The position numbers and the translations under genes were made by a program. The notes under the pieces were generated by a model. That model was not told the DNA's origin and searched no databases. It worked only from the letters and a program-made list of their open reading frames with translations. A stretch of DNA of 64,000 nt from Octopus sinensis (Eukaryota), in contig NC_043013.1 of assembly GCF_006345805.1 (NCBI RefSeq), positions 35,650,001 through 35,714,000 on the forward strand, written 5' to 3'. This document shows positions 26,161-39,089 of this stretch, piece by piece. How positions within the stretch are numbered: position 1 is the stretch's first letter; each line of letters opens with the position of its first letter.

Positions 26161-26394
26161 AGATGAAATGCTTAACAGTATTTTGTCCATCTTCACGTTT
26201 TGAGTACAAATGCTGCCAAGCTTGACTTCGCCTCTCATCCTTTTGGGGTCGCTAAATTAAGTACCAGTGCACACTAGGATCGATGTAATCAAGCAGTCTC
26301 CATCCTCAACATTTCATGCCTTGTGCCTTTTGTAGAAAGGATTATTTAACATTTTTAAAAATCTCTGAGCAAGAAATATACAGTAACAATACCG

Positions 26395-26677
26395 AACAGT
26401 AAAGTTTATTTGCCAACATAACGTGGCAGTCCTATACAGGGACGATGTCACTAGCTGCTGACTGTCTCACACTGAAGATGGGTAACCACTCAGAAACCTG
26501 GGTCTATGAGTATCATGTAAGGCTAGAGATGGGTGTGATGACCCCCCTTATATATACTATATGGGCACAAGTTGTGCGATGATAGCCAACTGGAAAAGAT
26601 GTTTTCCTGGGGCTAAAAGACAGTAACATAGTCCTTATATAGGACTGCCACATTGTTGGCAAATAAACTTTACTATT
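26395..26677 (+). mobile_element. About 280-bp hammerhead-bearing element with about 50-60-bp imperfect terminal inverted repeats
   Basis: 26395-26453 is inverted relative to 26621-26677; AATAAA in the right arm; hammerhead at 26466-26510. Confidence 0.75.
26466..26510 (+). ncRNA. Type I hammerhead ribozyme motif with fully canonical core
   Basis: CTCACA-CTGAAGA-TGGGT/AACC/ACTCA-GAAA-CCTGGG-TC-TATGAG; GUC site after 26504. Confidence 0.85.
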
Positions 26678-27094
26678 ATTTAACGATGTATAATTTATGT
26701 TCCATACAATAGATTAACGATGACAACCTCAATTTATTTTACTAAATTCTTTATTGATTGAAACAGTGACAGAGCATTTTAACAGAATATACTGACTTCG
26801 ATTCAGTTTCTGCTGATGAAACATTAGAAGTGTTAGATCTAAATTTTTTTCATTAATAGAACCTAATTTGTTTTCATCCATGGATTGAAAAAGCAACAAA
26901 CTCTATCGTGCTAATATTTTTGTTGTTGTTTTATTTTTTGATTAGTCATCAGGTAATCACAGATTCGGAAGACTTTTATGATTAAATGTATTGCAGTAAT
27001 GACCATCACATATTTAATAATTGTTTTCATTTTTTTTAGAAGGTTGGTGCAGTGCTGGATCAACCATTAAGCAAAATAAACACGTGCTTCACCC

Positions 27095-27313
27095 ATTATT
27101 ATTCAAATTACTTTTGTCAAATGTAATACTTATTTATTCACATTGTTTTAAAATAATCATGCGTTATCTCGTAGCTTTCAGACTTCAGTGACGTGATTCT
27201 GTATTTTTAAGATGGCTTTATAGGGTAGGTGTGAGAGGCTGGATCTAGTCAGCTTCAAAGTAAAACAGGTAGAATATTTGGGGCTGGATATGGCCGGTTT
27301 AAATACTAAAGGG
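27095..27313. mobile_element. Partial piggyBac-like MITE
   Basis: Ends in CTAAAGGG followed by a TTAA-like CTAA; left end not evident. Confidence 0.4.
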
Positions 27314-27422
27314 CTAAGCCATCAAGGGAAGGGAGGTGGGGCACCACAAATGGTAAAATGGTTTACGGCAAAAAAGAAATCTCTTTAAACTTGCTGAAAT
27401 AAATATTATTAAATGAATCTAA

Positions 27423-27995
27423 AGGCGGCAAGCTGACAGAAACGTTAGTATGCCCGGCGAAATGCATAGCGGTATTTCGTCTGTCTTTACATTCTGAGTT
27501 CAAATTCCGCCAAGGTCGACTTTGCCTCTCATCTTCTGGGGTCGATAAATTAAGTACTGGTTGCGTACTAGGGTTGATCTAATCGACTGGTCCCTACCCC
27601 CAAAATTTCGGGCCTTGTGCCTAGAGTAGAAAAGAATCGTTAGCACTCTGGATGAAATGCTTAGGGGTATTTTGTCTACCACTACATTTTGAGTTCGATA
27701 AATTAAGTACTAGTTGCGTACTGGGGTCGATCTAGTCAACTGGCCCCCTCCCCCAAAATTTCGGGCCTTGTGCCTAGAGTAGAAAAGAATTGTTAGCACT
27801 CTGGGTGAAATGCTCAGTGGTATTTCATCTGCCACTACATTCTGAGTTTGAATTCCGCTGAGCTCAACTTTGCCTGTCATTCCTTTCATGGTTGATAAAT
27901 TAAGTGCTAGGGACACACTGGGGTTGATGAAATCAACTTATCCACTCTCCACAAATTTCAGGCCTTGTACTTTTATTAGAAAGGATAATTGAATA
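27423..27995 (+). mobile_element. Head-to-tail array of three SINE family B units
   Basis: Repeated GTTAGCAC...GATAAATTAAGT...CCCCAAAATTTCGGGCCTTGTGCCTAGAGTAGAAAAGAAT. Confidence 0.85.
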
Positions 27996-28089
27996 AGTCT
28001 TTCCAAATGTAGATATTGCCATTAATATATTTCTAACATTAATGGTCAGAAATTGCTCAGCTGAGCATTCATTTTCTCAGTTGAGGTAT

Positions 28090-28310
28090 ATTCTTTTCCA
28101 CTCTAGGCACAAGACTCGAATTTTTTGGGGGAGGGGGGGCAGTCGATTAGATCGACCCCAGTACGCAACTGGTACTTAATTTATCGACCCCCCAAAAGGA
28201 TGAAAGACAAAGTCGACCTCAGCGGAATTTGAACTCGGAATATAGAAACAGATGAAACACCACTAAGAATTTTGCCCGGTGTGCTAACGTTTCTGCCAGT
28301 TTGCCGCCTG
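28090..28310 (-). mobile_element. SINE family B copy
   Basis: Reverse complement of the 27423 unit. Confidence 0.85.
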
Positions 28311-28670
28311 CTCAGTTGAAGTATATTAATAGACCAATCAGAAGAACTAAATAAGAAGTTATGCTGGATGCCTCGTCTTTACTACAGAAGCAGATGTGTT
28401 ATGTAAGATTAATTTTAAAGATCCAATCAAAGATTTTGCAATTAAAAAAAAAATAGGAGAAAACTTTTCAAATACAAATAATGTGGAAGTTCACAGAAAT
28501 CAACATCATTTTTTATCTTACCAATAGTTTTTGTTTCATTTTGGAAAAAAAAAATTTTTTATGGTTTATTTTTGTTTATATTTTGAATTACATTTATATG
28601 AGCGCACCAAAATCTTTTAAGTGCTTAGGACCTCAATGGAGATAGGAGTCTACTTTAGCAGGTATCTTCC

Positions 28671-28890
28671 ATGACTTGTTTCAGTCATAGGACTGTCGCC
28701 ATGTTTGTTTGAAAGGTTGAGTCAAACAAATTCGAAGCCAGTATTTCCTTTTATCCTGAGGTTTATTCTGTTGGTATCTTTTGCCAAACCGCTAAGTTAC
28801 AGGGATGTAAACAAACCAACACCAGTTGCCAAGTGGTAGTGGAGACAAGCACAAGCATAAAGATACATCCACATATTTTTTATAAATAGA

Positions 28891-28979
<89 letters not shown>

Positions 28980-29105
28980 ACACACACACACACATATATA
29001 ACAGGCTTCTTTCATTTTCTGTCTACCAAATCCACTAACAAGGCTTTGGTTGGCTCAGAGCTATAGCAGAAAAAACTTGCTCAAGGTTCCACACAGTGGG
29101 ACTGA
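28671..29105 (-). mobile_element. SINE family A with an expanded internal (CA)n
   Basis: Tail TTTCAGTCAT, body CCGCTAAGTTAC, (CA)n at 28892-28996. Confidence 0.8.
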
Positions 29106-29887
29106 GTCTAAAACCATCATCATCGTCAGCATCATCATTGTCATCATCTAATGTTTTAAATCCAGGTTTTGTCCCCGTTAACGGGTGTGGCTCAATGCCA
29201 TAGTAACTGAGGCAGACAGGTGCAGCCGCAGCCCACTCCAATCTTTTGGCTGGCAGGCTGGCTGGCAGGCTGGCTGGCGCCCATTCTTCCTTGCTATCAT
29301 AAGGCTTTTTTTAGAGCAGGAATTTTCTACAGGAAGCATGCCCTTGCTTACCCCCAACCTCAGTTTCTAGACATGAGGGGTCCCGAGACCAAGGCCTTTA
29401 CTGCGATTTTTAAGAAATGTGGTGGAAAACTAGCTCAGGAAGACAGGAACTCTACTCCCTGAAACCCCTTTCTGAGCCCACCTACCTATGATTATAAAAC
29501 AACCATATGGTTCTCAAACAAACTTCTTACCACACGGCCATGCTGGTGCATTTTCAGTTTGTTTTTTGTTTTATAAGGACAATTGGCTTGTAATTTGAGG
29601 AAGATTTGGTTGTATTTCCTTGCAGACTGAGCAACCACAAAGAGACACTACCATAAGATTCATTGTGATAACGTTACTCACCAAATCAAGCAAACTTGCA
29701 TGAACAACAATGCTTCCCCTTATACATATCAGTTTTTGGACCTCATTTATAAATTGGTGGAAGAAAACCACTTCCAAAATTCCTAAAAATACTTATCGAC
29801 ATAAATCAGTGATTGCCTTTACAGTTTGAAAAATTCTTTTTAACTTTTTTTATCAGTATTAGATAGAAGGTGTTGGCATTACTATTA

Positions 29888-29934
<47 letters not shown>

Positions 29935-29971
29935 GTTGTTGTTGTTGTTTGTTAAAATAGACATTCCAAAG

Positions 29972-30031
<60 letters not shown>

Positions 30032-30341
30032 AGATAGATAAATAGATAGATAGATAGATATTTGTAGGTACGACTATAATAGCAACAACTACATTAAAAA
30101 TAATAATAACACATGCATACACAGAAAGAGGGAAAAACATGAAATTAAAAATTCAATTTTTAAAAAAAAATTTATTCATAGTATTTTCATGTTAATTCTA
30201 AAATTTTCTTTTATATACATAAACACACACACACACGCACACATATAATCACATACATTAATGTCTGTATGTATTTGAGAGAATGTGTGATCATGTGTGT
30301 GTATGTTATATATATTTGTATGCATGATGTACATTTGAATA

Positions 30342-30377
<36 letters not shown>

Positions 30378-30849
30378 ATATATAGGTATATAGGTGTGTG
30401 AGGGGGCACTTGTATGAATGTTTTATCTAGATGACACAGAAATGGGGTTAAAAAGAAAGCAAAAAAAAAAGAAATAACAAATCAAATTAAATAAATATAT
30501 ATAGTAAATTAGATGTTCAAGTTTATCACATAGATAAAAAAAATGCAATGTATTTATAATATAATTGTGATGTATGTATATTATTGCAATGTATGTATAT
30601 TATTGATTAAAAGATTTCTACGGTTTTACAACTTCACAGTTTATATTTATTTATTAAAATGACATGTGTATATATGTGACGGCTTGTGTACGCACATATA
30701 TATTATGCACAGTAATAAACATACATAGATTTGTGTTGTGTATATGTTCATACACACACTGAAGCTTACATGTGTGTATATGTATATATGTTTATAAAAA
30801 CCAATCAAATACACACACATACACACATACATAAACACACACACCTACA

Positions 30850-30903
<54 letters not shown>

Positions 30904-31123
30904 CTAGAGAGACCAAAGTGTGCGTACGCCGCTATGTATTTTATATATATATATACTATTGTGTGTGTGTATGTGTGTGTCTGTTAATACGAATGTACAT
31001 TATTGCAAGGATGTAGGTAATAGCGACATATATTTCTAAATATACACTTTACTAAGAGAAATTATAAACTTTATTATGCAAATATATGCAAAAAATCTAA
31101 ATGTGTCTAGATAGACTGTAGGT

Positions 31124-31189
<66 letters not shown>

Positions 31190-31252
31190 GTATACTTACA
31201 TACATATATATACACACATATATATGTATATATATGCATATACATATATACA

Positions 31253-31288
<36 letters not shown>

Positions 31289-31344
31289 CACACATATATA
31301 TGTATATATATGCATATACATATATACATACATACACACACACA

Positions 31345-31379
<35 letters not shown>

Positions 31380-31838
31380 ACAGACACATATATTACACGT
31401 TTTTGTAAATCCACACAATAAACCCATCTCCCTCCCTCTCTATCAATCTATCTATCTTTATCTCTCCTTCTCTCTATTCTGCCCACCCCCACCTTCCTTG
31501 CACATGCATAAAAAATACACACTTATTTCTCGGATGATAAATATCACATACATGTTTATATTTGTGTATATGCTGCAGTGCACGTCTTTACATATATTAA
31601 GTTTCCGTATAATATATGCAGAAACCTCATAATTTACATGTGTGTGTGTGTGTGTGTGCATGTATACATAAATATGTGAGTGTCTGTGTGTGTGTGTGTG
31701 CATGCATGTAATCGAATGCTTTTTTTTCTTTATATATCTATCTATCTATAAGCCCTCTCTGTTCACTTACAGAAGTGTGCAGTGCAATGGCATTGAATCC
31801 AAACCTAACAGAGACATACCAAACTTTATGTGCACACA

Positions 31839-32361
31839 TCTATATATATAAAACTCTAGTTGTGTGAGTGTCTGTCCCCTTCGATTTAGATTCCTAACTC
31901 CTCCCACATTTTGCGGTGCAGTTTAACCAAATTCGGGTATCTTATAGTCGTGATTCATATCGAGCCCGTCTGACTATTAGCGCGCGTCAACGATGAGTCT
32001 ACGATGAGTCTACGATTTTAAAAATAATTTAACATCATTTTTTATTCCATTTTAATGCATAAAATGCATCGTGTGTCGATGGCGGCGGAGTTGGCGTCCA
32101 CGCTCACAGCTGCACCTGTTTGCTTCTCCCCCTTCCCTCCCTCGTGAAGCTGTGGGGAAGGGAGTGTAAAGAAATCAACGTCGTAATGCGTTCTGAAGGA
32201 AACCAGCGTTCTTTTAGAACAACGACTTCATGGCTTGAAGACACCAAAACAGAAATGGCTAAGAAAGCCCGAATTGGCATCTATAAGGGAAGTAACTCTC
32301 TAAAAATGCTTATATAGTTATTTCCCTTACAAACCCGAGCAACGCTGGGCGATACTGCTAG
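31839..32361 (+). mobile_element. Non-autonomous Helitron, both ends intact
   Basis: A|TCTATATATATAAA 5' end; 3' hairpin CCCGAGCAACGCTGGG then CTAG|T; no TSD. Confidence 0.85.
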
Positions 32362-32799
32362 TATATATATAAAGCACAATTTATTTGTAATCAGAGTTGT
32401 TCAAAAACTGAGGTACTGCTCGATATATATATACACATACAGCATATATATACACATACAGAGAGGGAAAGAGAGAAAGAGAGAGAGGGATAAGTCACAA
32501 ACAATATGAAACATTAAAGCCTACCACTCCTGCAACCAGAATTGGTGTGAGTTATCTCACTTCTCTATGACTTCTGGGTGCTTTTACACCAGGCGTATTG
32601 ATGAGAAAATATTCTTTCATGCCTATGAATTGCGACCTGCCCACGAACTGGCAAAACACATACCTCATGTATGTGCATTCAGTATTGTTTATACACTATA
32701 TATACTTATATACATATACATATGGATACATCAACATATACATATATATACATATATATATGTATATATATATATATGTACCTATATATATGTATATAA

Positions 32800-33030
32800 A
32801 GGGCGGTGAGCTGGCAGAAACGGTAGCACACCGAGCGAAATGCGCAGCCGTATTTCGTCTGTCGTTACGTTTCGAGTTCAAATTCCGCCGAGGTTGACCT
32901 TGCTTTTCATCCTTTCAGGGTCGATAAATAAAGTACCAGTTACGCACTGGGGTCGATCTAATCGACTTAATCCCTTCATCTGTCCTTGTTTGTCCCCTCT
33001 ATGTTTAGCCCCTTGTGGGTAGTAAAGAAA
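32800..33030 (+). mobile_element. SINE family B, full-length, CpG-rich
   Basis: GGCGGTGAGCTGGCAGAAACGG head through to the GTGGGTAGTAAAGAAAT tail. Confidence 0.9.
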
Positions 33031-33088
33031 TATATATATATATATACATATATATATACACATATATATTATACATATATATATAACA

Positions 33089-33125
<37 letters not shown>

Positions 33126-33173
33126 TATATATGTATGTATATATGTATATATGTACATAAGTGTGTGAGAGTG

Positions 33174-33204
<31 letters not shown>

Positions 33205-33207
33205 GTC

Positions 33208-33425
33208 TTTAAAATGAAACTGGATCTCTTCTTGTCAGGTGTCCCAGATGAACCAACTTCACGGCAGGAGGTGCAGATGAGGGCAGCTGCATCGAACTCT
33301 CTCATGCACCAGATGGCATTTGCTAAAAAGCATTCATGAAGTAAAATCATGTAGCGACACCAAATGGCGGTGCCCCAGCATGGCCACAGCTTGTGAGCTG
33401 AAACTAAATAAAAAAAAAAGAAAAA
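33208..33425 (+). mobile_element. 3' end of a CR1/L2-group LINE (ORF2 C-terminus and 3' UTR)
   Basis: [43 protein letters not shown] (33208-33339), then UTR stem-loop and A-rich tail. Confidence 0.7.
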
Positions 33426-33445
33426 TATGTACATAAGTGTGTGTG

Positions 33446-33516
<71 letters not shown>

Positions 33517-34159
33517 GTATGTATATATATTATATATATATGTATATATATATCATCAGTAAAGCATAAATCTGGAAAAAATGCACACTCTAAGTTATAA
33601 AGCAATGTATAAATAAAGTTAGATAAGGCCGGTTTATGGGATTGCCTTGGGTTTCTCATCTATAAAATGCTTAACTTTATGGCATTTTATCAGATCCCAA
33701 AACCTGTTGGCTTAAGGCCTCCAGTTTTTTTATGTTTGCATGGCTGAGTCAGAAGTTGTTGGGGCAGAGTTTACTATGGCTGGATGCTCTTCTTCATACC
33801 GTTCTCCAACTATTTCCAAGGGAGGCAATAATCTCTTAGTCTTGTATCAAGCAATAAACAAACCCAGACAAGACTTAACAGAGAACAGGAAACAAACAAC
33901 ACAGTCTGAATGAATCCTTTGTTTGCAAAGGTTGTACATGTCAACGTTATGTCAAGAAACCTGGACATGTTTACTCATTGGACGGCCAGCAAACAACACT
34001 GTCTAATATTCTTAGTGAGATGACTGCTTACAACCAGTGAGCATACATGAAGAGGATGCAAAATATGAACTTTCTCACTCAAACACACACAGATAGACAT
34101 AACCTACCATATACATACAAAACAGACATACATACATAAATACATACATACATACATGC

Positions 34160-34214
<55 letters not shown>

Positions 34215-34218
<4 letters not shown>

Positions 34219-34382
34219 TGCAGCGTGGAAGGTGTTTATAAGCCATTAAGAAACACACAAAAGCCGTTCGATTCACTTCAACATTTAAGTTTAATTTGTC
34301 AAAATATTTTCGGCGCTAAAATCCGCGACCTGTTCACTGACAAAGTCCGTGCTGCATCTAAGAAAGTAACAGTTAGTTCGTC
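34215..34382 (-). mobile_element. About 170-bp hammerhead-bearing element between (TA)n tracts
   Basis: CpG-containing non-repetitive island flanked by TA/TG microsatellites; hammerhead at 34295-34344. Confidence 0.7.
34295..34344 (-). ncRNA. Minimal type I hammerhead, G3-C8 covariant
   Basis: TTTGTCA-GTGAACA-GG(T)CGC/GGATTTTA/GCGCC-GAAA-ATAT-TT-TGACAAA; perfect 7-bp stem I; stem III palindrome AAUAUU. Confidence 0.8.
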
Positions 34383-34585
34383 ATATATATGTACGTATGT
34401 ATGTGTGTATGTATGTATACATGTGTGTATGTATGTACGTATGCATGTACGCACATACGCCTGTGTATGCATGTATGTATGTATGTATGTATGTATGTAT
34501 GTATGTATATATGTATGTGTGTGTATATGCACGCACATACACTCTATAAAACATAAAGCTATAAACCTGTAGCGGCACTCTACAC

Positions 34586-34630
<45 letters not shown>

Positions 34631-34736
34631 GATACTGTATAACACATAGTTACTGTTATACACATAGATACTGTGAGATACACATAGATACTGTGAGATA
34701 CTGTTATGAGCCTGAAATCTCCACAGAAATAGGGAA

Positions 34737-34940
34737 AAGGCTGCAAGCTGACAGAAACATTAGCATGCCAGGTGAAATGCTTAGCGGTATTTCATCTGCT
34801 GCTACGTTCTGAGTTCAAATTCCGCCAAGGTCGACTTTGCCTTTCATCCTATCAGGGTCGATAAATTAAGTACCAGTTATGCACTGGGGTCAATGTAATC
34901 GACTTAATCCCTTTGTCTTGTGGGCAATAAAGAAATAAGA
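34737..34940 (+). mobile_element. SINE family B copy
   Basis: Family B head, core and tail. Confidence 0.85.
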
Positions 34941-34944
34941 AATA

Positions 34945-35130
34945 GTGATACCAAGAGGTTTTACTTAAGAGGAGATAAAGGATGTAGAGGCTTGAGGTCG
35001 GTGCAGACAGCTTTTGAATGTCAAATAGTATCTCTTATACAGCACTTGTTAAACAACAGCGGCAAAATTAAATACATTAACTTCCTGTTGAACAGTAAAG
35101 AGAATATCCGATGTGTCATATGGTTGGGAA
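34945..35130 (+). pseudogene. R4/Dong-type LINE fragment
   Basis: DTKRFYLRGDKGCRGLRSVQTAFECQIVSL resembles the DRLY.PR..GGRGL motif. Confidence 0.55.
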
Positions 35131-35143
35131 GCGAATTTCTTAA

Positions 35144-35369
35144 CCCTTTTGTTACCATATTTTTTTTTGTGTGTGATGCTCTGTGTTTCTTTCAATTAAT
35201 TTTAAATATTACAAAGAATTTAACAAAATAACTTCATTATCATTAAGCTGGTATTAGGAAGATAAACTGCAACTAAGATTTGATGGAAGATTTTAATTCA
35301 AAACTTATGGAAACAAGACATTCGTACTCAGAGCCAGAGGCAGTTTCAGGCAGGTTGGTATTGAAAGGG
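35144..35369. mobile_element. piggyBac-like MITE
   Basis: TTAA|CCCTTTTGTTACC ... GGTATTGAAAGGG|TTAA; related copies at 44373-44597 and 61316-61509. Confidence 0.75.
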
Positions 35370-35586
35370 TTAAACACACAGCCATGTGCGTGCCCCCCCC
35401 CCCTGCCAATTGTATCCAACCACTTCCCATGTTCTCCACTCACTGCATTTCCCTTCACCTCCCCTCTCTCCCACTTATTTAGCCTGCATCTGAACTCCCA
35501 GCTCACCTACTCATCCGAGCCTCTGCACAACTCCATTCACATTCACCTCCTTGACAGTACCTTCAGGCATATTATTACCACCATCT

Positions 35587-35633
<47 letters not shown>

Positions 35634-35975
35634 CCTCTTTCTCTTTCCCCAAATAGGGGTAGCCATGCATCTCCTCTACAGCAAGACACTTGTTTCCATG
35701 TTTGCCCATCATAGTTTAACCTCTTACAAAGTCACCTCCCTCAATAGCACATCCCCTCTCAGTTGAGATGTTTTTGTTTTGCAGGTTACTTTGTAACCTC
35801 ACCGGTGCTGGTGCCACATAAAAAGCAACCAGAATATTCTGTAAACTGGATGGCATTCAGAAGAGCAACTATGTCAGAGTAGAGAGTAGAGCTCACCACT
35901 TCTTAAACCCTCCAACACATGCCAGCATGGGAAACAGGCATTAAATGATGGTAATGATGATGATGATGACGATGA

Positions 35976-36038
<63 letters not shown>

Positions 36039-36339
36039 ATCATCATTTAAATTTCGTTTTCCATGCTGGCATGGGTTGGATGGTTTGACTGGAGCTGGCC
36101 AGCCGGGGAGGTGTTCAGACTCCAGTTGTCTGTTGCAGCATGGTTTCTATGGATGGATGCCTTTACTAATAGCAACCACTTTATAGAGTGTACTCGGTGC
36201 TTTTTCCATGCCACTGGCATGGCTACATTTACGCAGCACTGGCATGAGTGCATTTTATCTGGTATCATCAACTGTAAAGGACAAGCCTGTATGTATGGAT
36301 GACAGCGATTTTACTTAGCTTCACTTAAAAGATTTTGGT

Positions 36340-36714
36340 GCCCCCATAAAAGATTATGTAATTCAAAATATAAACAATAACAAACCATAAAATAAATTTT
36401 CATTTTTCAAAACGAAACAAAACAGTAAGAAGGAAAGTAATGTTTATTTTTGTAGACTTCCACTTTATTTATATTTGAAAAGTTTCCTCCTACTTTCTTG
36501 AATTGCAAAGTCTTTGATCAGATCCTCAAAATTAATCTTAGCTAACACATCTGCATCTAGACTTAGTAGAGATAAAGGTATTCCGAATAAAATTTCAGCA
36601 AGTTTAAAATAATTTCTTTTGTACAGTAAACCATTTACTATTTCTTCGGTGACTCCTCCTTCCTTTGATGCCCTAAGCACATGCTTGTTCGGCTTAATGG
36701 TTAATCCAGCCCTG
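36340..36714 (-). mobile_element. hAT-derived element end with transposase C-terminal remnant
   Basis: Terminus CAGGGCTGGATTAACC; LSLLSLDADVLAKINFEDLIKDFAIQESRRK resembles hAT transposase C-termini; similar remnant near 28370-28460. Confidence 0.6.
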
Positions 36715-36810
36715 GCTTGACACGTCTTCACAAGTGCAGCAAATCACCACAAATCCCGATCCTTTATACATGTATATATGTGTATATGTACATATATACA
36801 TATGTGTATA

Positions 36811-36851
<41 letters not shown>

Positions 36852-36900
36852 ATATATATATATATATATTATATATATATATAATATATATATATATATA

Positions 36901-37047
36901 GGAGTGGCTGTGTGGTAACTAGCTTGCTAACCAACCACATGGTTCCGGGTTCAGTCTCACTGTGTGGCATCTTGGGCAAGTGTCTTCTGCTATAGCCCCG
37001 GGCCGACCAATGCCTTGTGAGTGGATTTGGTAGATGGAAACTGAAAG
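36901..37047 (+). mobile_element. SINE family A 5' half, exact duplicate of 37153-37299
   Basis: Identical, including private variants (GTAACT, TCTCAC). Confidence 0.9.
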
Positions 37048-37093
37048 AAGCCCGTCATATATATATATATATATATATGTGTATATATATATG

Positions 37094-37152
<59 letters not shown>

Positions 37153-37154
<2 letters not shown>

Positions 37155-37540
37155 AGTGGCTGTGTGGTAACTAGCTTGCTAACCAACCACATGGTTCCGG
37201 GTTCAGTCTCACTGTGTGGCATCTTGGGCAAGTGTCTTCTGCTATAGCCCCGGGCCGACCAATGCCTTGTGAGTGGATTTGGTAGATGGAAACTGAAAGA
37301 AGCCCGTCATATATATGTATATATATATATATGCATGTCTGTGTTTGTCCCCCTACCATTGCTTGACAACCGATGCTCATGTGTTTATGTCCCCGTTACT
37401 TAGCGGTTCGGCAAAAGAGACCGATAGAATAATAAGTACTGGGCTTACAAAAGAATAAGTCCTGGGGTCGAGTTGCTCGATTAAAGGTGGTGCTCCAGCA
37501 TGGCCGCAGTCAAATGACTGAAACAAGTAAAAGAGTAAAA
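37153..37540 (+). mobile_element. SINE family A, full-length
   Basis: Head, internal (TA)n, body and GACTGAAACAAGTAAAAGAG tail. Confidence 0.9.
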
Positions 37541-38639
37541 TAGTATATATATATATATAATATATAAAGGTATTCATACTTACCAATATCATCTATAATA
37601 ACATATGTAGTGCACTGTGTACTCATAGTGAAAGACATAAAGTTCATAGGTCCACGATATTATTCACTTTTACGTATAATTGCATTAGTGTTAAATATAC
37701 ATTCGAACATGGATATATGCATTTGCATAAGCAAACATGTATGTATACAGTCAAGCACACATATTCACATAGATCCATATACACACACACACACACATAC
37801 ACCCAAAGAGTTAAATGCTTACCCTCTGGGTAATTTATACCTAAATGTGAACACACATATGTATATGCACATACATAGATACATACTCATATATACATAT
37901 ATATATATATGCATATATATATATATGTATGTGTATACATGTGTGCATTATCGAAGTAGGAGTGAGTGTGTATATCTATTTACATATATGTAAAGGGACA
38001 TATATACAAGCATATATACAAATATACAGATATACATGCATACACATACATATACACACATACATATACATACACATATATATATACAAATGTGTGTGTA
38101 TGTATGCATATATATACATATATATATGTATGCACATATACATACTTGCCACATGTAAATATTCACAATTGCACGCATGCACACACAAAAACACACATGC
38201 GCACACTTAAATATGCACAAAGTCCAAATAATCATTGCTAGAAACATCCACTCTTCGAAACACATACACACACACACATATAAGCAATACAAACATACAC
38301 ACACACAAGTGATTACACCATCCACCATCTACCACAAAGAAATTAACATAAATTCATGCCAGTTTGTTCATTTGCCTTGGACGTGTGTTTTGTTTATGGG
38401 TTATTTATGCAAAAACTTTCGCAGTAAGTATCAATGAAACGCAAGTGTACCTGGGAAGCTGCTGTGATGTCATTTTCCTCCACACACACACAAACACAAA
38501 CACACACTCACACACACACACAAATACGTACACCCATACGCATACATATCACCTCTTCATTTTGACTCACTGCTCAATGCACTACAGTGACACTGTGGTA
38601 TGTAGATAGGAAACCTATTTGTATGAAGAGATGCACTAA

Positions 38640-38673
38640 GAAAAGCACATACATATATATATATACAGATATG

Positions 38674-38704
<31 letters not shown>

Positions 38705-39014
38705 GTATATACATATATATGTGTGTATATATATATATATATATTATATATACGTATATATGTATATATATATATATATATATATACATATATTTACATA
38801 TATATATGTATATATATATATGTATATATGTATGTATATATATATGTATATATATATATATGTATGTATGTATATATATATATATACATACATATATATA
38901 CATATATATATATATATATACATACATATATACATATATATATATATACATATATATATGTAAATATATATATGTATATATTTATATATATATATGTATG
39001 TATATATATATGTA

Positions 39015-39089
<75 letters not shown>

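Noticed and set aside
26813-26845. CTGATGA hammerhead candidate
   Set aside because: No GAAA or UH arrangement.
33270-33305. CAGATGA...GAAC hammerhead-like stretch
   Set aside because: Better explained as CR1-type ORF2 coding sequence (VQMRAAASNS).
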